Shown: one piece after another, positions 47,954 to 56,825 of the stretch
How the letters are laid out: each line of letters begins with the position of its first letter
Position numbering within the stretch: the stretch's first letter is position 1
From: a virus
Lineage: Duplodnaviria > Caudoviricetes
Length of the DNA: 61,399 nucleotides
Reading direction: 5' to 3' (one strand)
IMG/VR virus record: IMGVR_UViG_3300017761_006794
Location: 1-61,399 of that record
The notes under the pieces: model-generated
Told to the model about the DNA's origin: nothing
Databases searched by the model: none
The model's input: the letters and a program-made list of their open reading frames with translations, nothing else
Translations under genes and position numbers: made by a program

Positions 47954-49847
47954 AGGTAATGATCTCCTCGGCAGACTCTGCCGTGTAGCCGTAGTCTCTC
48001 ACCATTGTCTCGACCATCTCAGAGTACTTCTTCTGCTGCTCATTGTCCCTGCTCTTTGATTTGGTGACAATCCGAGCCATGTCCTTCACGGAAGAGATGA
48101 GGTAACTCTCGATGGCCTCACGGAGGGGCTCATAAGATTTGTAGTCAACCTTTGTCCCTCGCCTGACCTTTGCGAACATGAAGGCCGTGACGTCCGCACG
48201 GAAGCCATCCTTTGCTGATCCTGTGATTCCGATCTGCTCCTCGATGGCCTTCATGAACTTCTCGTCCGGCTCTCTGTCCTCTGAGGTGACCCGGTCCTTC
48301 ATCTTCTGTCGAGTGGTGAACGCCTCGGCGTTGTCGAGGTAATTGTCGAACAGAGACTGGGCCTGTTCCTCGTAAGCAGTGACAAATGCCTTCGCAATCT
48401 CACCCTCGAGGATCTTCAGATACTCCTCTCGGATTGTCTTCTGGAGGATTTCGAGATACCTCTTCTTGTCCTCCTCGTCAACAATCTGCTCCTTCACCTG
48501 CTTGATGAGAGTCTCAATCACCCTCATTGGAGTGATGAAACCCTTGTCAGAATCTGTGAGAGCAGAGTCGATGGACTTCGTGATGAAGCGAGTCGAGATT
48601 CCGGACATTCCCTCCTGCTTTGCCTCGTCCCGGAGGTCCTTGATGTCGACCTTCTTCGTCCTGCCCTTCTCGAGAATCTCCTGACCGTCGTAGATCTTCA
48701 TCTTGGTGAGGAGGTCACACTTCTGGGAGCCCTTGAGGCGGCTCATCACCGAGAACATTGCCGCAACCTTGATGGTGTGAGGAGCAAGGTGGAATCTGAA
48801 GTCCGACTTGCGGATCATCTTCTCGTAGATCTTCATCTCCTGGGTGAGCTCGAGAACGTATGGGACCTCAATCTTCACGACACGGTCGAGAATGGCCTCG
48901 TTGGTGTGTTCAGACTTGAATCGATTCCACTCAGCCTCGTTGCAGTGTGAGATGATGACACCGTCGAAGTAGAGCATCGAGTTCTTGCCCGGAGTCGGAA
49001 CGTTCTTCTCTTGGGTTGCCGTGAGGATTGTGTGCAGGAACTCGATCTCGTTCTTGAAGATCTCAACGAACTCCACGACTCCGCGGTTGCCGACGTTGAA
49101 GGCACCGTTGAGGTTAAGGACTCGAGGATCGTCCTCGGAGTACTTGTCAAGCTTCGAGATGTCCTCGGAACCGATGAGCGCCGAGACGTCCTGGGAGTTG
49201 GCGTCCATTGGAGGGACCACCGCAATTCCTCGACGTCCTCGCTGAGAGAATGAAGAACGGACGACTGGAAACTTCTCGTATTCACCGCCGAACTCATTCA
49301 TCAATCGGTAACGACAGACCGGACAAAGGTCACCCTCTATGTGAACGCCGATGATCTTCTCAAACTCGTCTCTGAGCGAACGCGGAAGGAGATGCAGGGG
49401 CTCCTCACGGATAGGGCAGCCCTCGAGGTGGTAGACCGGCTCTGCTGCCTTCTCGAGTGCCTTCTTTATCGCGTCAGCGAGTGCAGACTTGCCTGAACCG
49501 ACAGGTCCCATGAGGAGGAGCACCTGTCGGCTCTCCTCTCCCTTCAGAGACGCGGACTTCAGGAACCGCATGAGCTTCGCAATCACTCGCTCATGACCGT
49601 AAAAGTCGTCCCTGAAGTAGTCATAAATCTTCAGCTTGTCACTGTCAAACAGCTTGCGGCAACGTGGGTCGGCCTCATCAAGCCTCTCCACTCCGTAAGA
49701 CTCCACAGCGTCAACAAGCCTCTTTGCAGCAAGTTTCACCGTCTCGGGGTTCTTCTGGAGGACCTCAAGGTATTCAATGAAGCTGCCCTTCCACGCGTCT
49801 TTCTGAGAGTCGACTCTCTGCTTCTTGATAATGTCTAGAAAGTCCAT
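47922..49847 (-). CDS. prkA: PrkA/YeaG AAA+ ATPase / serine kinase
   Basis: LLMGPVGSGKS, GCPIREEPL, GDLCPVC, QDVSALIGS, NRGVVEFVE, GMSGISTRF. Confidence 0.95.
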   Translation of the reverse strand: MDFLDIIKKQRVDSQKDAWKGSFIEYLEVLQKNPETVKLAAKRLVDAVESYGVERLDEADPRCRKLFDSDKLKIYDYFRDDFYGHERVIAKLMRFLKSASLKGEESRQVLLLMGPVGSGKSALADAIKKALEKAAEPVYHLEGCPIREEPLHLLPRSLRDEFEKIIGVHIEGDLCPVCRYRLMNEFGGEYEKFPVVRSSFSQRGRRGIAVVPPMDANSQDVSALIGSEDISKLDKYSEDDPRVLNLNGAFNVGNRGVVEFVEIFKNEIEFLHTILTATQEKNVPTPGKNSMLYFDGVIISHCNEAEWNRFKSEHTNEAILDRVVKIEVPYVLELTQEMKIYEKMIRKSDFRFHLAPHTIKVAAMFSVMSRLKGSQKCDLLTKMKIYDGQEILEKGRTKKVDIKDLRDEAKQEGMSGISTRFITKSIDSALTDSDKGFITPMRVIETLIKQVKEQIVDEEDKKRYLEILQKTIREEYLKILEGEIAKAFVTAYEEQAQSLFDNYLDNAEAFTTRQKMKDRVTSEDREPDEKFMKAIEEQIGITGSAKDGFRADVTAFMFAKVRRGTKVDYKSYEPLREAIESYLISSVKDMARIVTKSKSRDNEQQKKYSEMVETMVRDYGYTAESAEEIITFAANNLWRDS

Positions 49848-49855
49848 CCGTCCTC

Positions 49856-51175
49856 CTACGAGATCTCAAACATTTCGTCTTCAAGCTCGGTGAAGAGTTT
49901 CACCTCGCCATGCCAGATATTAGACAAAAGCTTGACACAGTTTTCTGCATAGTCAAGCTCAAGGTCTCTGCCATCGTGTTCATGCTTCAGGATGAGGGTG
50001 TCACCCTTCATCTCATCGACATAGATAACTGGGATCATATTCCCTGCAATGCCGTCGATAACTGCAGCCCTGACTTCTCTCCAACTCTCCTCGTCCTCGA
50101 CAATCTCGTCAATCGTCCAGTCAGGGTTCTTCTTGCCCTTGGGGCTGAAGGTGAAGAGGTTGAGCTCCCTTGCCTTCTCCTCGGTGAGATACTGCATGAT
50201 GAAGTTCTCGTCATTGCAGACTTCCCTTGCAATGAAACACTCCTCGATGCCGAGCCTCTTCTCAATGTCCTTGAACATCTCAAAACCGAGATGGTACGGG
50301 TTGATCTTCAGCCCCCACGGTCTCAGCACGAGGCTGTGAGTCTTCAGGAAGGGTATGTGCATTGAGTCAGGTAGTTCAAGATCATGGAGTATTTTGTAGT
50401 GCCAGAAACTTGCCCACCCCTCATTCATCACCTTTGTACGTATCTGCGGCCAGAAGTACAGTGACTCGTCATGCACTATCGAGATGATGTCTCTCTGCCA
50501 GTCAGTTAGCTTGTGATTGTGGTCAAGCACGAACTGCATAATGTCGTACTCAGGCTCAAGCGGGACGCTTTCGAGGTCAAAGCCCTTCCACTCACCGGTC
50601 TTGTCCTCGTTGACAAGCTTCATGTACTTCTTGCGAAGATCTTTCTCTGAATGACGAGTCCTTCCTCGCCTGTCAACCTGGTAGTTCACTGCATGACAGG
50701 CGTCTATGACCTTCTCCACCGCTTCAATTCCAATCGAGGGGTCCTCAATGTATCCCTGGATCCTTTTCCTCGCGTTCCTGAAACGCATGGTGACAGTCTC
50801 TGCAGAGGTGTCTTTGAAAGTCCTGTTGTTCTTGAAGAAGTCGCTGTGGCCGACACAGTGTGCCATGATGAGGACCTGCAGGTAGAGCGGGTTCTCCAGC
50901 ATCAGGTAAGCAATCGATGGGTCCGAGTTGATGATGAGCTCGTAGGGTAGTCCTTCTGCTCCTGCGTTGTACATGAAGTGCGTCCTCTCGAACGTCTTGC
51001 CGTACGACCAGTGAGCGTAGTGAGAGGGAAGCCCGTGGTATGCCATTGCCCCGATCATCTCGTGGTAGTTGACGGTCTCGTAGGCTATTGGGTACCAGTC
51101 AAGACCGTGATTCTTTGCAATCTCACAGATCTTCTCGTCCCACTCTTCGAGGTCGGTCAGAAGGTAGTCGCTCAA
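49856..51175 (-). CDS. spoVR: SpoVR/YcgB family protein
   Basis: YAHWSYGK, YELIINSDP, AHCVGHSDFFKNN, TKVMNEGWASFWH, NPYHLG. Confidence 0.95.
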   Translation of the reverse strand: MSDYLLTDLEEWDEKICEIAKNHGLDWYPIAYETVNYHEMIGAMAYHGLPSHYAHWSYGKTFERTHFMYNAGAEGLPYELIINSDPSIAYLMLENPLYLQVLIMAHCVGHSDFFKNNRTFKDTSAETVTMRFRNARKRIQGYIEDPSIGIEAVEKVIDACHAVNYQVDRRGRTRHSEKDLRKKYMKLVNEDKTGEWKGFDLESVPLEPEYDIMQFVLDHNHKLTDWQRDIISIVHDESLYFWPQIRTKVMNEGWASFWHYKILHDLELPDSMHIPFLKTHSLVLRPWGLKINPYHLGFEMFKDIEKRLGIEECFIAREVCNDENFIMQYLTEEKARELNLFTFSPKGKKNPDWTIDEIVEDEESWREVRAAVIDGIAGNMIPVIYVDEMKGDTLILKHEHDGRDLELDYAENCVKLLSNIWHGEVKLFTELEDEMFEIS

Positions 51176-52350
51176 ATTTCACCTCCGAAGAATTTCAGGA
51201 ATGTCGGCCAGACCGATTCCTTACCGGTTAGCAACGATGTGCGAAGAGTCGGCTCAAGTGCCTTCAGGTCACTCATCAGAGCGGACTCTCCGCCCTTGTC
51301 CCAGGCAGGAGATGATCCTTTCGGCTTGATCTCACAGTACCCGACCATCTGAGATATTGAGCAGAGGTCTCGGTACTTGTCAAAAGCTTTCGCATTGTCC
51401 TCCTGCCAGTTGTCACCGTCTGTGCAGTGGAATGCGTAGACATTCCACGCGGAGGGGTGGTACCTCTGGTGCGCAATTTCTATCGCAAGATCCGGGGCGG
51501 AGGAGACATGAGTTCCACCGGAAGAGCCTCTCTTGAAGAACGAGTCCTCGTCCGTCTCAAAAGCCTCGGTCGTGTGACCGATGAAGACAATCTCCACTTT
51601 CTCGTACTTGTGACGGATGAACTGGTAGAGGAGGAAATAGAATGACCTCGCGATGAACTTGATCTCCTGGGACATTGAGCCGGAGACGTCCATCATGAAG
51701 AAGATGACGGCATTTGTCGCCTCCTTCGGTCGGGCCTTGATGTGGTGGTATCGGAGGTCGTTATCATGGAACGGAAAGACCTCGTCTCCATTCTCGTCGA
51801 CCTCAACAGTGCCTGCTCTTCTTGCGGCAGAGAGCCTCTTAATTCTCTGAACTGCAGACTCTCTCTTGTCGAGGCGGGGAGGGATTCCCTGGGGGCGTAT
51901 TCCGTGCCTTCGAGGCTTCTCTTCAAGGACAGTCCGAAGCTTCTTTCGCTCCAGGTCAGGGAGGTTCAGGGAGTTGAACAGATACTCTGCGAGCTCCTCG
52001 AGTGTGATCTCCACCTCGTAGAACTCGTCTCCCTTTTCGTTACCCGCCTTGTTACCGGAACCCTGGCCCTGCTGCTGTCCTTTTCTGACAACTTGGCCCT
52101 TCTGGATGTCGGCACCAGGAGCAGAGCCGGCCTGCTTCTTCCCCTCATTGTCCCCGTAGACAAACTGCCATTCCTTGATTCCTTTCACTGGGATCCGGAC
52201 CTTCTTCTTTCCGTCCTGCCCGATGATCGACTCTTCGGCAACAATGTCGGTGATCCCGTCCTTGATTGCCTTCTCAATCTTCTGCTTGTGTCGCGACCTG
52301 TCGGAAACCGATCGATCAGCGTTTGTCTTGTGCTCGCGAAATATCGACAT
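51172..52350 (-). CDS. yeaH: YeaH/YhbH (DUF444) vWA-domain protein
   Basis: DLRY, MMDVSGSM (MIDAS), SGGT, YAFHCTDGDNW. Confidence 0.93.
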   Translation of the reverse strand: MSIFREHKTNADRSVSDRSRHKQKIEKAIKDGITDIVAEESIIGQDGKKKVRIPVKGIKEWQFVYGDNEGKKQAGSAPGADIQKGQVVRKGQQQGQGSGNKAGNEKGDEFYEVEITLEELAEYLFNSLNLPDLERKKLRTVLEEKPRRHGIRPQGIPPRLDKRESAVQRIKRLSAARRAGTVEVDENGDEVFPFHDNDLRYHHIKARPKEATNAVIFFMMDVSGSMSQEIKFIARSFYFLLYQFIRHKYEKVEIVFIGHTTEAFETDEDSFFKRGSSGGTHVSSAPDLAIEIAHQRYHPSAWNVYAFHCTDGDNWQEDNAKAFDKYRDLCSISQMVGYCEIKPKGSSPAWDKGGESALMSDLKALEPTLRTSLLTGKESVWPTFLKFFGGEI

Positions 52351-52751
52351 CAGTCCTCCGTCACTATGTTGCAGAGAGCCTTCGCGTACCGCGCTGCAGG
52401 CTTGAGGTACGGGGAGAGAATTTCATCTGCTTCTCTCCAAGTGAGCCAACCGCACCACTCGTGCTCGATGATACCAGACTTTGGGTTCGGTCTGATAACG
52501 GGATCGCCGTCCTGCACGGCGACGTAAAAATCTACCTTGTTACAGTCATAAGGAGAGCGAGAGATGATAGAGTCTTTTCCTATCAAGATACCAGCTTCCT
52601 CATAGCACTCCCTGAGAGCGCCCTCAAGTGATCCTTCGCCGATCTCGATGACGCCTTTCGGGAGATCTCCCACCCCGTCTCTCTTGAGGACAAGGATACT
52701 CCGTAGGTCCGAAGACACTACCACGAATCCTGCTGCTCGATTCTTCCTCAT
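52350..52751 (-). CDS. NUDIX hydrolase
   Basis: Nudix box LPKGVIEIGEGSLEGALRECYEEAG. Confidence 0.9.
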   Translation of the reverse strand: MRKNRAAGFVVVSSDLRSILVLKRDGVGDLPKGVIEIGEGSLEGALRECYEEAGILIGKDSIISRSPYDCNKVDFYVAVQDGDPVIRPNPKSGIIEHEWCGWLTWREADEILSPYLKPAARYAKALCNIVTED

Positions 52752-52789
52752 ACGTTAAAATATCCAACAGCAGTGGAGCAGTAACATGC

Positions 52790-53125
52790 TCACCGAGAAT
52801 AATCGTCGTCAAGTCTCACAACGTCATCGATCTCAGGAGTAGAGACCTCCAGAAGTTGCACATCACCGTCATAAGCGCAGAATCTGTGGACTGTGCCAGG
52901 ATTCACGTGGAATGTTGATCCCTCACAGTATTTCGCATGCCAACCAGGCCCCTCACCGACCTCTATCGTGACAAGTCCGGAGAGCACTCTCACCGTCTCT
53001 TCCTTCACCCTGTGATACTGACGACTGAGACGGTGACCGCTCTTGATGAACAGGATCTTGCCAAGATAACTCGGTGTCTCAGCCCAGATTTCTTCGTGGC
53101 CCCAAGGTTTTTGCACGATTCGCAT
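52790..53125 (-). CDS. Cupin (mannose-6-phosphate isomerase-like)
   Basis: KPWG, LSRQYH..KEET, HRF, EVSTP...DVVRL.D.Y.R. Confidence 0.85.
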   Translation of the reverse strand: MRIVQKPWGHEEIWAETPSYLGKILFIKSGHRLSRQYHRVKEETVRVLSGLVTIEVGEGPGWHAKYCEGSTFHVNPGTVHRFCAYDGDVQLLEVSTPEIDDVVRLDDDYSR

Positions 53126-53546
53126 TCTTTCCTTCGTAGATCTTGTCATATCCTACAACGGCGGTGAAAGCGTTTACGAGCTGTCCAGCTGTTTTGTTTG
53201 CTTCGTCTTCCGTGTCGGACGCAAAGTGAATGTTCGACTTTTCGAAGTCGAGAAGCCCCTTCTCGAACTGGCTCAGGTGGACAAGCTCATGAGCTATGGA
53301 GCGAAGAATGTCGACAAACGCTCTGCCCTTTGCGTACACGTAGAATCTCTTCTTTCCGTAGTAGCAGATTGCAGTTGTCTCTATCCCGTGAGTCTCTCTT
53401 TCAGTTGCAAGTTCACCGACATAGTCGTCTGCAAACCTGAGAATCCTGACGCAGTAGGAAAGAAATTCTTTCAACTGAGCCTTCCTCTCTCCGCTGAAAG
53501 AGAGTTCCTTTGGGACTATGACCTTCACTGTTCCGAGTCTAGACAT
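53079..53546 (-). CDS. Putative zinc metallopeptidase (HExxH)
   Basis: LRSIAHELVH...EDEAN. Confidence 0.7.
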   Translation of the reverse strand: MSRLGTVKVIVPKELSFSGERKAQLKEFLSYCVRILRFADDYVGELATERETHGIETTAICYYGKKRFYVYAKGRAFVDILRSIAHELVHLSQFEKGLLDFEKSNIHFASDTEDEANKTAGQLVNAFTAVVGYDKIYEGKNANRAKTLGPRRNLG

Positions 53547-54027
53547 TCTTTATTGCCGCAACGAGCTCTGACGAGGACTGGATCTTGCCCCCACCGACTC
53601 CGAAAAGCACCTTTCCTCCGAGACCCTCACAGACCTCGAACTCAGGAACGTTTGTGGCAGAGTCCCTGTCTCCGCCCTTTGTGAAGATGACCGGCTTCAG
53701 GACGCTAATTGCCCCGACCACCGTCTGAGATCCGTCATCCCAGGGGACAACGTAGTCAACGCCAGCGACTCCTGCGATAATCTCCATCCTCTCTGCAAGA
53801 GGCATGAAAGCGTACCCTTTCTTGCGCATCAGGAACCCGTCACCGTTCACGATCACGGCAACGCGATGCTTCTTGCCGAGCTTCACTGCAAGCTCGACAG
53901 ACGCAAGGATGCACCTCAGGTGACCCACATGCATTGGGTCAAAACCACCTGAGGTGACAATCAGCTTCTCGTTATAGATGTCCGCTTGGGTGCGGAGGTC
54001 CTCGACAGACTTGAATATCTCACTCAT
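53539..54027 (-). CDS. Cytidylyl/adenylyltransferase (RfaE domain II-like)
   Basis: SGGFDPMHVGH, ER, KGGDR, KIQSSS. Confidence 0.88.
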   Translation of the reverse strand: MSEIFKSVEDLRTQADIYNEKLIVTSGGFDPMHVGHLRCILASVELAVKLGKKHRVAVIVNGDGFLMRKKGYAFMPLAERMEIIAGVAGVDYVVPWDDGSQTVVGAISVLKPVIFTKGGDRDSATNVPEFEVCEGLGGKVLFGVGGGKIQSSSELVAAIKNV

Positions 54028-54062
54028 ATCATAATTTATTCAGTCTGTCCACGCGGAAAGCC

Positions 54063-55694
54063 TCAGCTCTTCAGAGACTTACGGAATGTCTCTGGGAAGA
54101 GATCGCTGTTCTTATCATAGAATCGACCCCAGTCTGCGTCAAGGATGTAACTCACCGCGTGATCGTTCTGGCTTCTCACGGATCGACCGATGGACTGGAC
54201 GACCGTCTTTGCTGTCTGTAGAGGGTACCACCAGGGCCAGCGGTGCATCCGCTTCTTCACGATCTTGTCACCGAGGTACGGGTATGGTACCTTACAGATG
54301 ATCTGGAAACGAGAGAGTTCGTCCTTGAGGTCAACGCCCTCCTGCATTGACGGAGATAGCAGGACCGTCGGTTTCGAGGACGACATGTGCTCCTGCAATT
54401 TCTGGATGCGGTCCTCGCTTCCGTGAGTGATGATTCGACTAGACTTGACGTTGTTTTTCAAGAAGTTCAAAATCTTATAGGAGTGACAGTGCACAATGCC
54501 TTTGTCATTCGGATGCTGGTCGAGGATCGCTTTCACAGCCTGCGCAAGTTTCGGTAGGTCCTGGTCGATCGTACCGGCGGACATCTTCGCGATCGGATAC
54601 GCAAAGATCGGATGATTCTCGGGTGGGAACGGAGAAGGGATCGAGATGAACACGCAGTCTTCCTCGGTAATTCCGAGAGTCTTACAGAATCCTTCCTTGT
54701 TGAGAATGGTCGCAGACATCATGAGGACTCGTCGACCGTTCTTGAAAAGGATTGCGTCCGCATAACCGGAAACGTCAATAGGCTTGAACTCGAGCTTCCG
54801 CATTGACTGTCCCTCTCCCTCTGCAAGGTTGAAGACCCAGTTCTCCTCATCGTACAGCTGCATGAAGCGGTGGACCTTGCAGATGTGCTTGTCGAGCATC
54901 TCGTACTGCTTTGAGATGTGCTCAAACTCACTCTTCAGCTTCTCACCGAGGTTGAACTTCTCGATGAGGCCCTCGTAGTGCTTCACATGAGCCTTCAAGC
55001 GAGGCTCATATTCCTCGGCAATCCACCGCCACGCCTGCTTCTGGGTGGTGATGTCAGGCATGTCAATCTTCAGGGCCTGCTTCGCAAAGCGCTCGGACAT
55101 CGTGATCTCGATGAAACCGCAGAGCTCGGTGTCCGTGTTGTGGGCCTCGTCAACAACCAGCAGGCTGCGTGGAACAAGCTTCCCCGCGTAGTTTGTCTCT
55201 GCGAGGAAGTAGCTGAAGTTCGTGACAGACTCACGGGACTCGAGGAACTTGCGCTTCTCTTCCTTGTAAGTGCAGTGGTATGTGCAGTTCTTTGCAAATT
55301 TCGTGGACTTGTCCTGCTCCAGCTTCAACTGCCGGAGAGACTCTGCGCAGGTCTGTTTCTTGTGGAACTTGCACTGGTAGTTGGTGGACGACATCACTTG
55401 TCGCATGCCGTCGTCCTCCTGTCCAAAGTCTCGGATGTATTGCTCCTGCAAGATCTTCTGAGTGGTGAGGAAGTACGCTCCGCGAGAGTAACCAGAGTCC
55501 TGAGCCTCCGACAGATTCTTGTCGAGCCACCGAGCAATCGTGAGACCGATTGCTGACTTACCGACACCGGTTCCTGCCTCGAGGACCACGAAACGCTTAC
55601 CACTGGTGAAAGCGTCAAGTGCAAAGTCAATTGCCCTCGCCTGGGCCTCGCGGACCTCGCCGAACGGGAATAGACTCGCATAATCGTAGCTCAT
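54063..55694 (-). CDS. DinG/XPD-family helicase
   Basis: EAGTGVGKS, Cys cluster, DEAH, MSAT, EGVD, KVPYP, QSIGRSVRS. Confidence 0.92.
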   Translation of the reverse strand: MSYDYASLFPFGEVREAQARAIDFALDAFTSGKRFVVLEAGTGVGKSAIGLTIARWLDKNLSEAQDSGYSRGAYFLTTQKILQEQYIRDFGQEDDGMRQVMSSTNYQCKFHKKQTCAESLRQLKLEQDKSTKFAKNCTYHCTYKEEKRKFLESRESVTNFSYFLAETNYAGKLVPRSLLVVDEAHNTDTELCGFIEITMSERFAKQALKIDMPDITTQKQAWRWIAEEYEPRLKAHVKHYEGLIEKFNLGEKLKSEFEHISKQYEMLDKHICKVHRFMQLYDEENWVFNLAEGEGQSMRKLEFKPIDVSGYADAILFKNGRRVLMMSATILNKEGFCKTLGITEEDCVFISIPSPFPPENHPIFAYPIAKMSAGTIDQDLPKLAQAVKAILDQHPNDKGIVHCHSYKILNFLKNNVKSSRIITHGSEDRIQKLQEHMSSSKPTVLLSPSMQEGVDLKDELSRFQIICKVPYPYLGDKIVKKRMHRWPWWYPLQTAKTVVQSIGRSVRSQNDHAVSYILDADWGRFYDKNSDLFPETFRKSLKS

Positions 55695-56026
55695 TCAGTT
55701 TCCTTTTCTTTCTTGTTGAAGGGAATGACAAGACCGAGTTTGCTTTCTTTGGGAGCCTCTTCGTCTCTCTTCATAGAGTGAAGAACGAAATCCTTCCTCG
55801 GACAAGTGTACTCATCGCTGAATGGGTCGGACTCGACCTTGTACCTCACGTGGTAGTCAGTGATGCCGACAACTCTCACATCACCGAGTCCGGGCATGAC
55901 CCATATCTGACCCGGTATCACCGGGGCTCGCAAGACAACTTCCCTCATATGTGCCCTGACAAGAGGCGCATAGAGGAAGTCAAGAAACATTGAGAACATC
56001 AAGCTCAGGTAGCTGAGTAGTCTCAT
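55691..56026 (-). CDS. Hypothetical protein
   Basis: 111-aa ORF coupled to the helicase. Confidence 0.55.
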   Translation of the reverse strand: MRLLSYLSLMFSMFLDFLYAPLVRAHMREVVLRAPVIPGQIWVMPGLGDVRVVGITDYHVRYKVESDPFSDEYTCPRKDFVLHSMKRDEEAPKESKLGLVIPFNKKEKETE

Positions 56027-56040
56027 GTTTCACCGAAAGG

Positions 56041-56134
56041 AGAGGGGAGGTGGGAATCGAACCCACCGTCCTGATACAGGACCCCTGCTCTACCCGCAGG
56101 GAACTGGGACTTTCTCCAGAAAGCTTCTCCCCTC
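56041..56134 (-). ncRNA. tRNA-like RNA with 8-bp acceptor/5-bp T stem (tRNA-Sec-like architecture), atypical anticodon arm
   Basis: GAGGGGAG AA GCTTTC-TGGA-GAAAGT CCCAGTT CCCTGC-GGGTAGA-GCAGGG GTCCTG-TAT-CAGGAC G GTGGG-TTCGATT-CCCAC CTCCCCTC T; five paired stems, canonical T loop; fills an intergenic gap. Confidence 0.8.
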
Positions 56135-56138
56135 ATGT

Positions 56139-56444
56139 CTAATTTAGCCTCTTCCGCGGAACATGCGGCTTCTCCTTAAACACACGTTCATGGAGGAAAG
56201 TTCGCCACATCTGACGGTCAGTGTCCCATATCGAGAAAGCAATTGAACCTGAACTCTGGACAAATATCTCTTTCAGGGTTCCTGTAGAGTACTTCACTGC
56301 TGTGAGTGAAGTGTTGTAATAGACTGTGTCTCCTGGCTTGAACCCGTCAAACTCGGGGAGAGTTTCTTTCTGCGCTGGAGGAGCGCAGGTGACTCCTTCC
56401 GACTTGGAAAAGTCTCTCGGTGTCTTTGTATTCCTGCGTTTCAT
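56139..56444 (-). CDS. Hypothetical protein
   Basis: AGGTGG RBS; follows the TTGAAC-N17-TAGTAT promoter. Confidence 0.6.
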   Translation of the reverse strand: MKRRNTKTPRDFSKSEGVTCAPPAQKETLPEFDGFKPGDTVYYNTSLTAVKYSTGTLKEIFVQSSGSIAFSIWDTDRQMWRTFLHERVFKEKPHVPRKRLN

Positions 56445-56458
56445 TTTCCACCTATCGA

Positions 56459-56487
56459 ATACTAACAGGTGAATTCAGTAAGTTCAA
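56459..56487 (-). promoter_or_regulatory. Sigma70-like promoter TTGAAC-N17-TAGTAT (with TGn extension)
   Basis: At a gene boundary; would drive ORF 56444 and the tRNA-like element. Confidence 0.55.
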
Positions 56488-56819
56488 CCCCCTCGGCTTC
56501 CCTTTCCCATCGGACCAAAATCAGGCACGGACTTTATCTCACCGCTGTCAACTTTCTTCCGGTACATGTCACCCGCTTTCTGCCTTGCGTAGTGGTTCGC
56601 CTCGGTCTCTTCCTTGAAGAATTTCGAGGTGCTCTTGCCGTTGTCGTCCTCGATGTTCACTATCCATCCGTTGTGACTCGGATCAGGGGTGACAGTCACG
56701 TGGACACCGGGAAGGTTCCTCCACGTGTGCATCGAGTCCATTGTTGTCTCGAGGTCTCTACCGATCTCTTCCATGAGGAACTTACGCACGCAATCTCTAA
56801 GAAGTCTTTCCATCTTCAT
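56484..56819 (-). CDS. Hypothetical protein (possibly late; true start may be 56813)
   Basis: ATAGTTA motif at 56819-56825 overlaps the first ATG. Confidence 0.6.
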   Translation of the reverse strand: MKMERLLRDCVRKFLMEEIGRDLETTMDSMHTWRNLPGVHVTVTPDPSHNGWIVNIEDDNGKSTSKFFKEETEANHYARQKAGDMYRKKVDSGEIKSVPDFGPMGKGSRGG

Positions 56820-56825
56820 AACTAT

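Noticed and set aside
56041-56134. Calling the element a functional tRNA-Tyr(GTA), tRNA-Sec or tRNA-Gly(CCC)
   Set aside because: It lacks U33, has an extra 7-nt linker and has no TCA anticodon. The alternative CCC-anticodon fold needs two stem mismatches. Kept as tRNA-like only.
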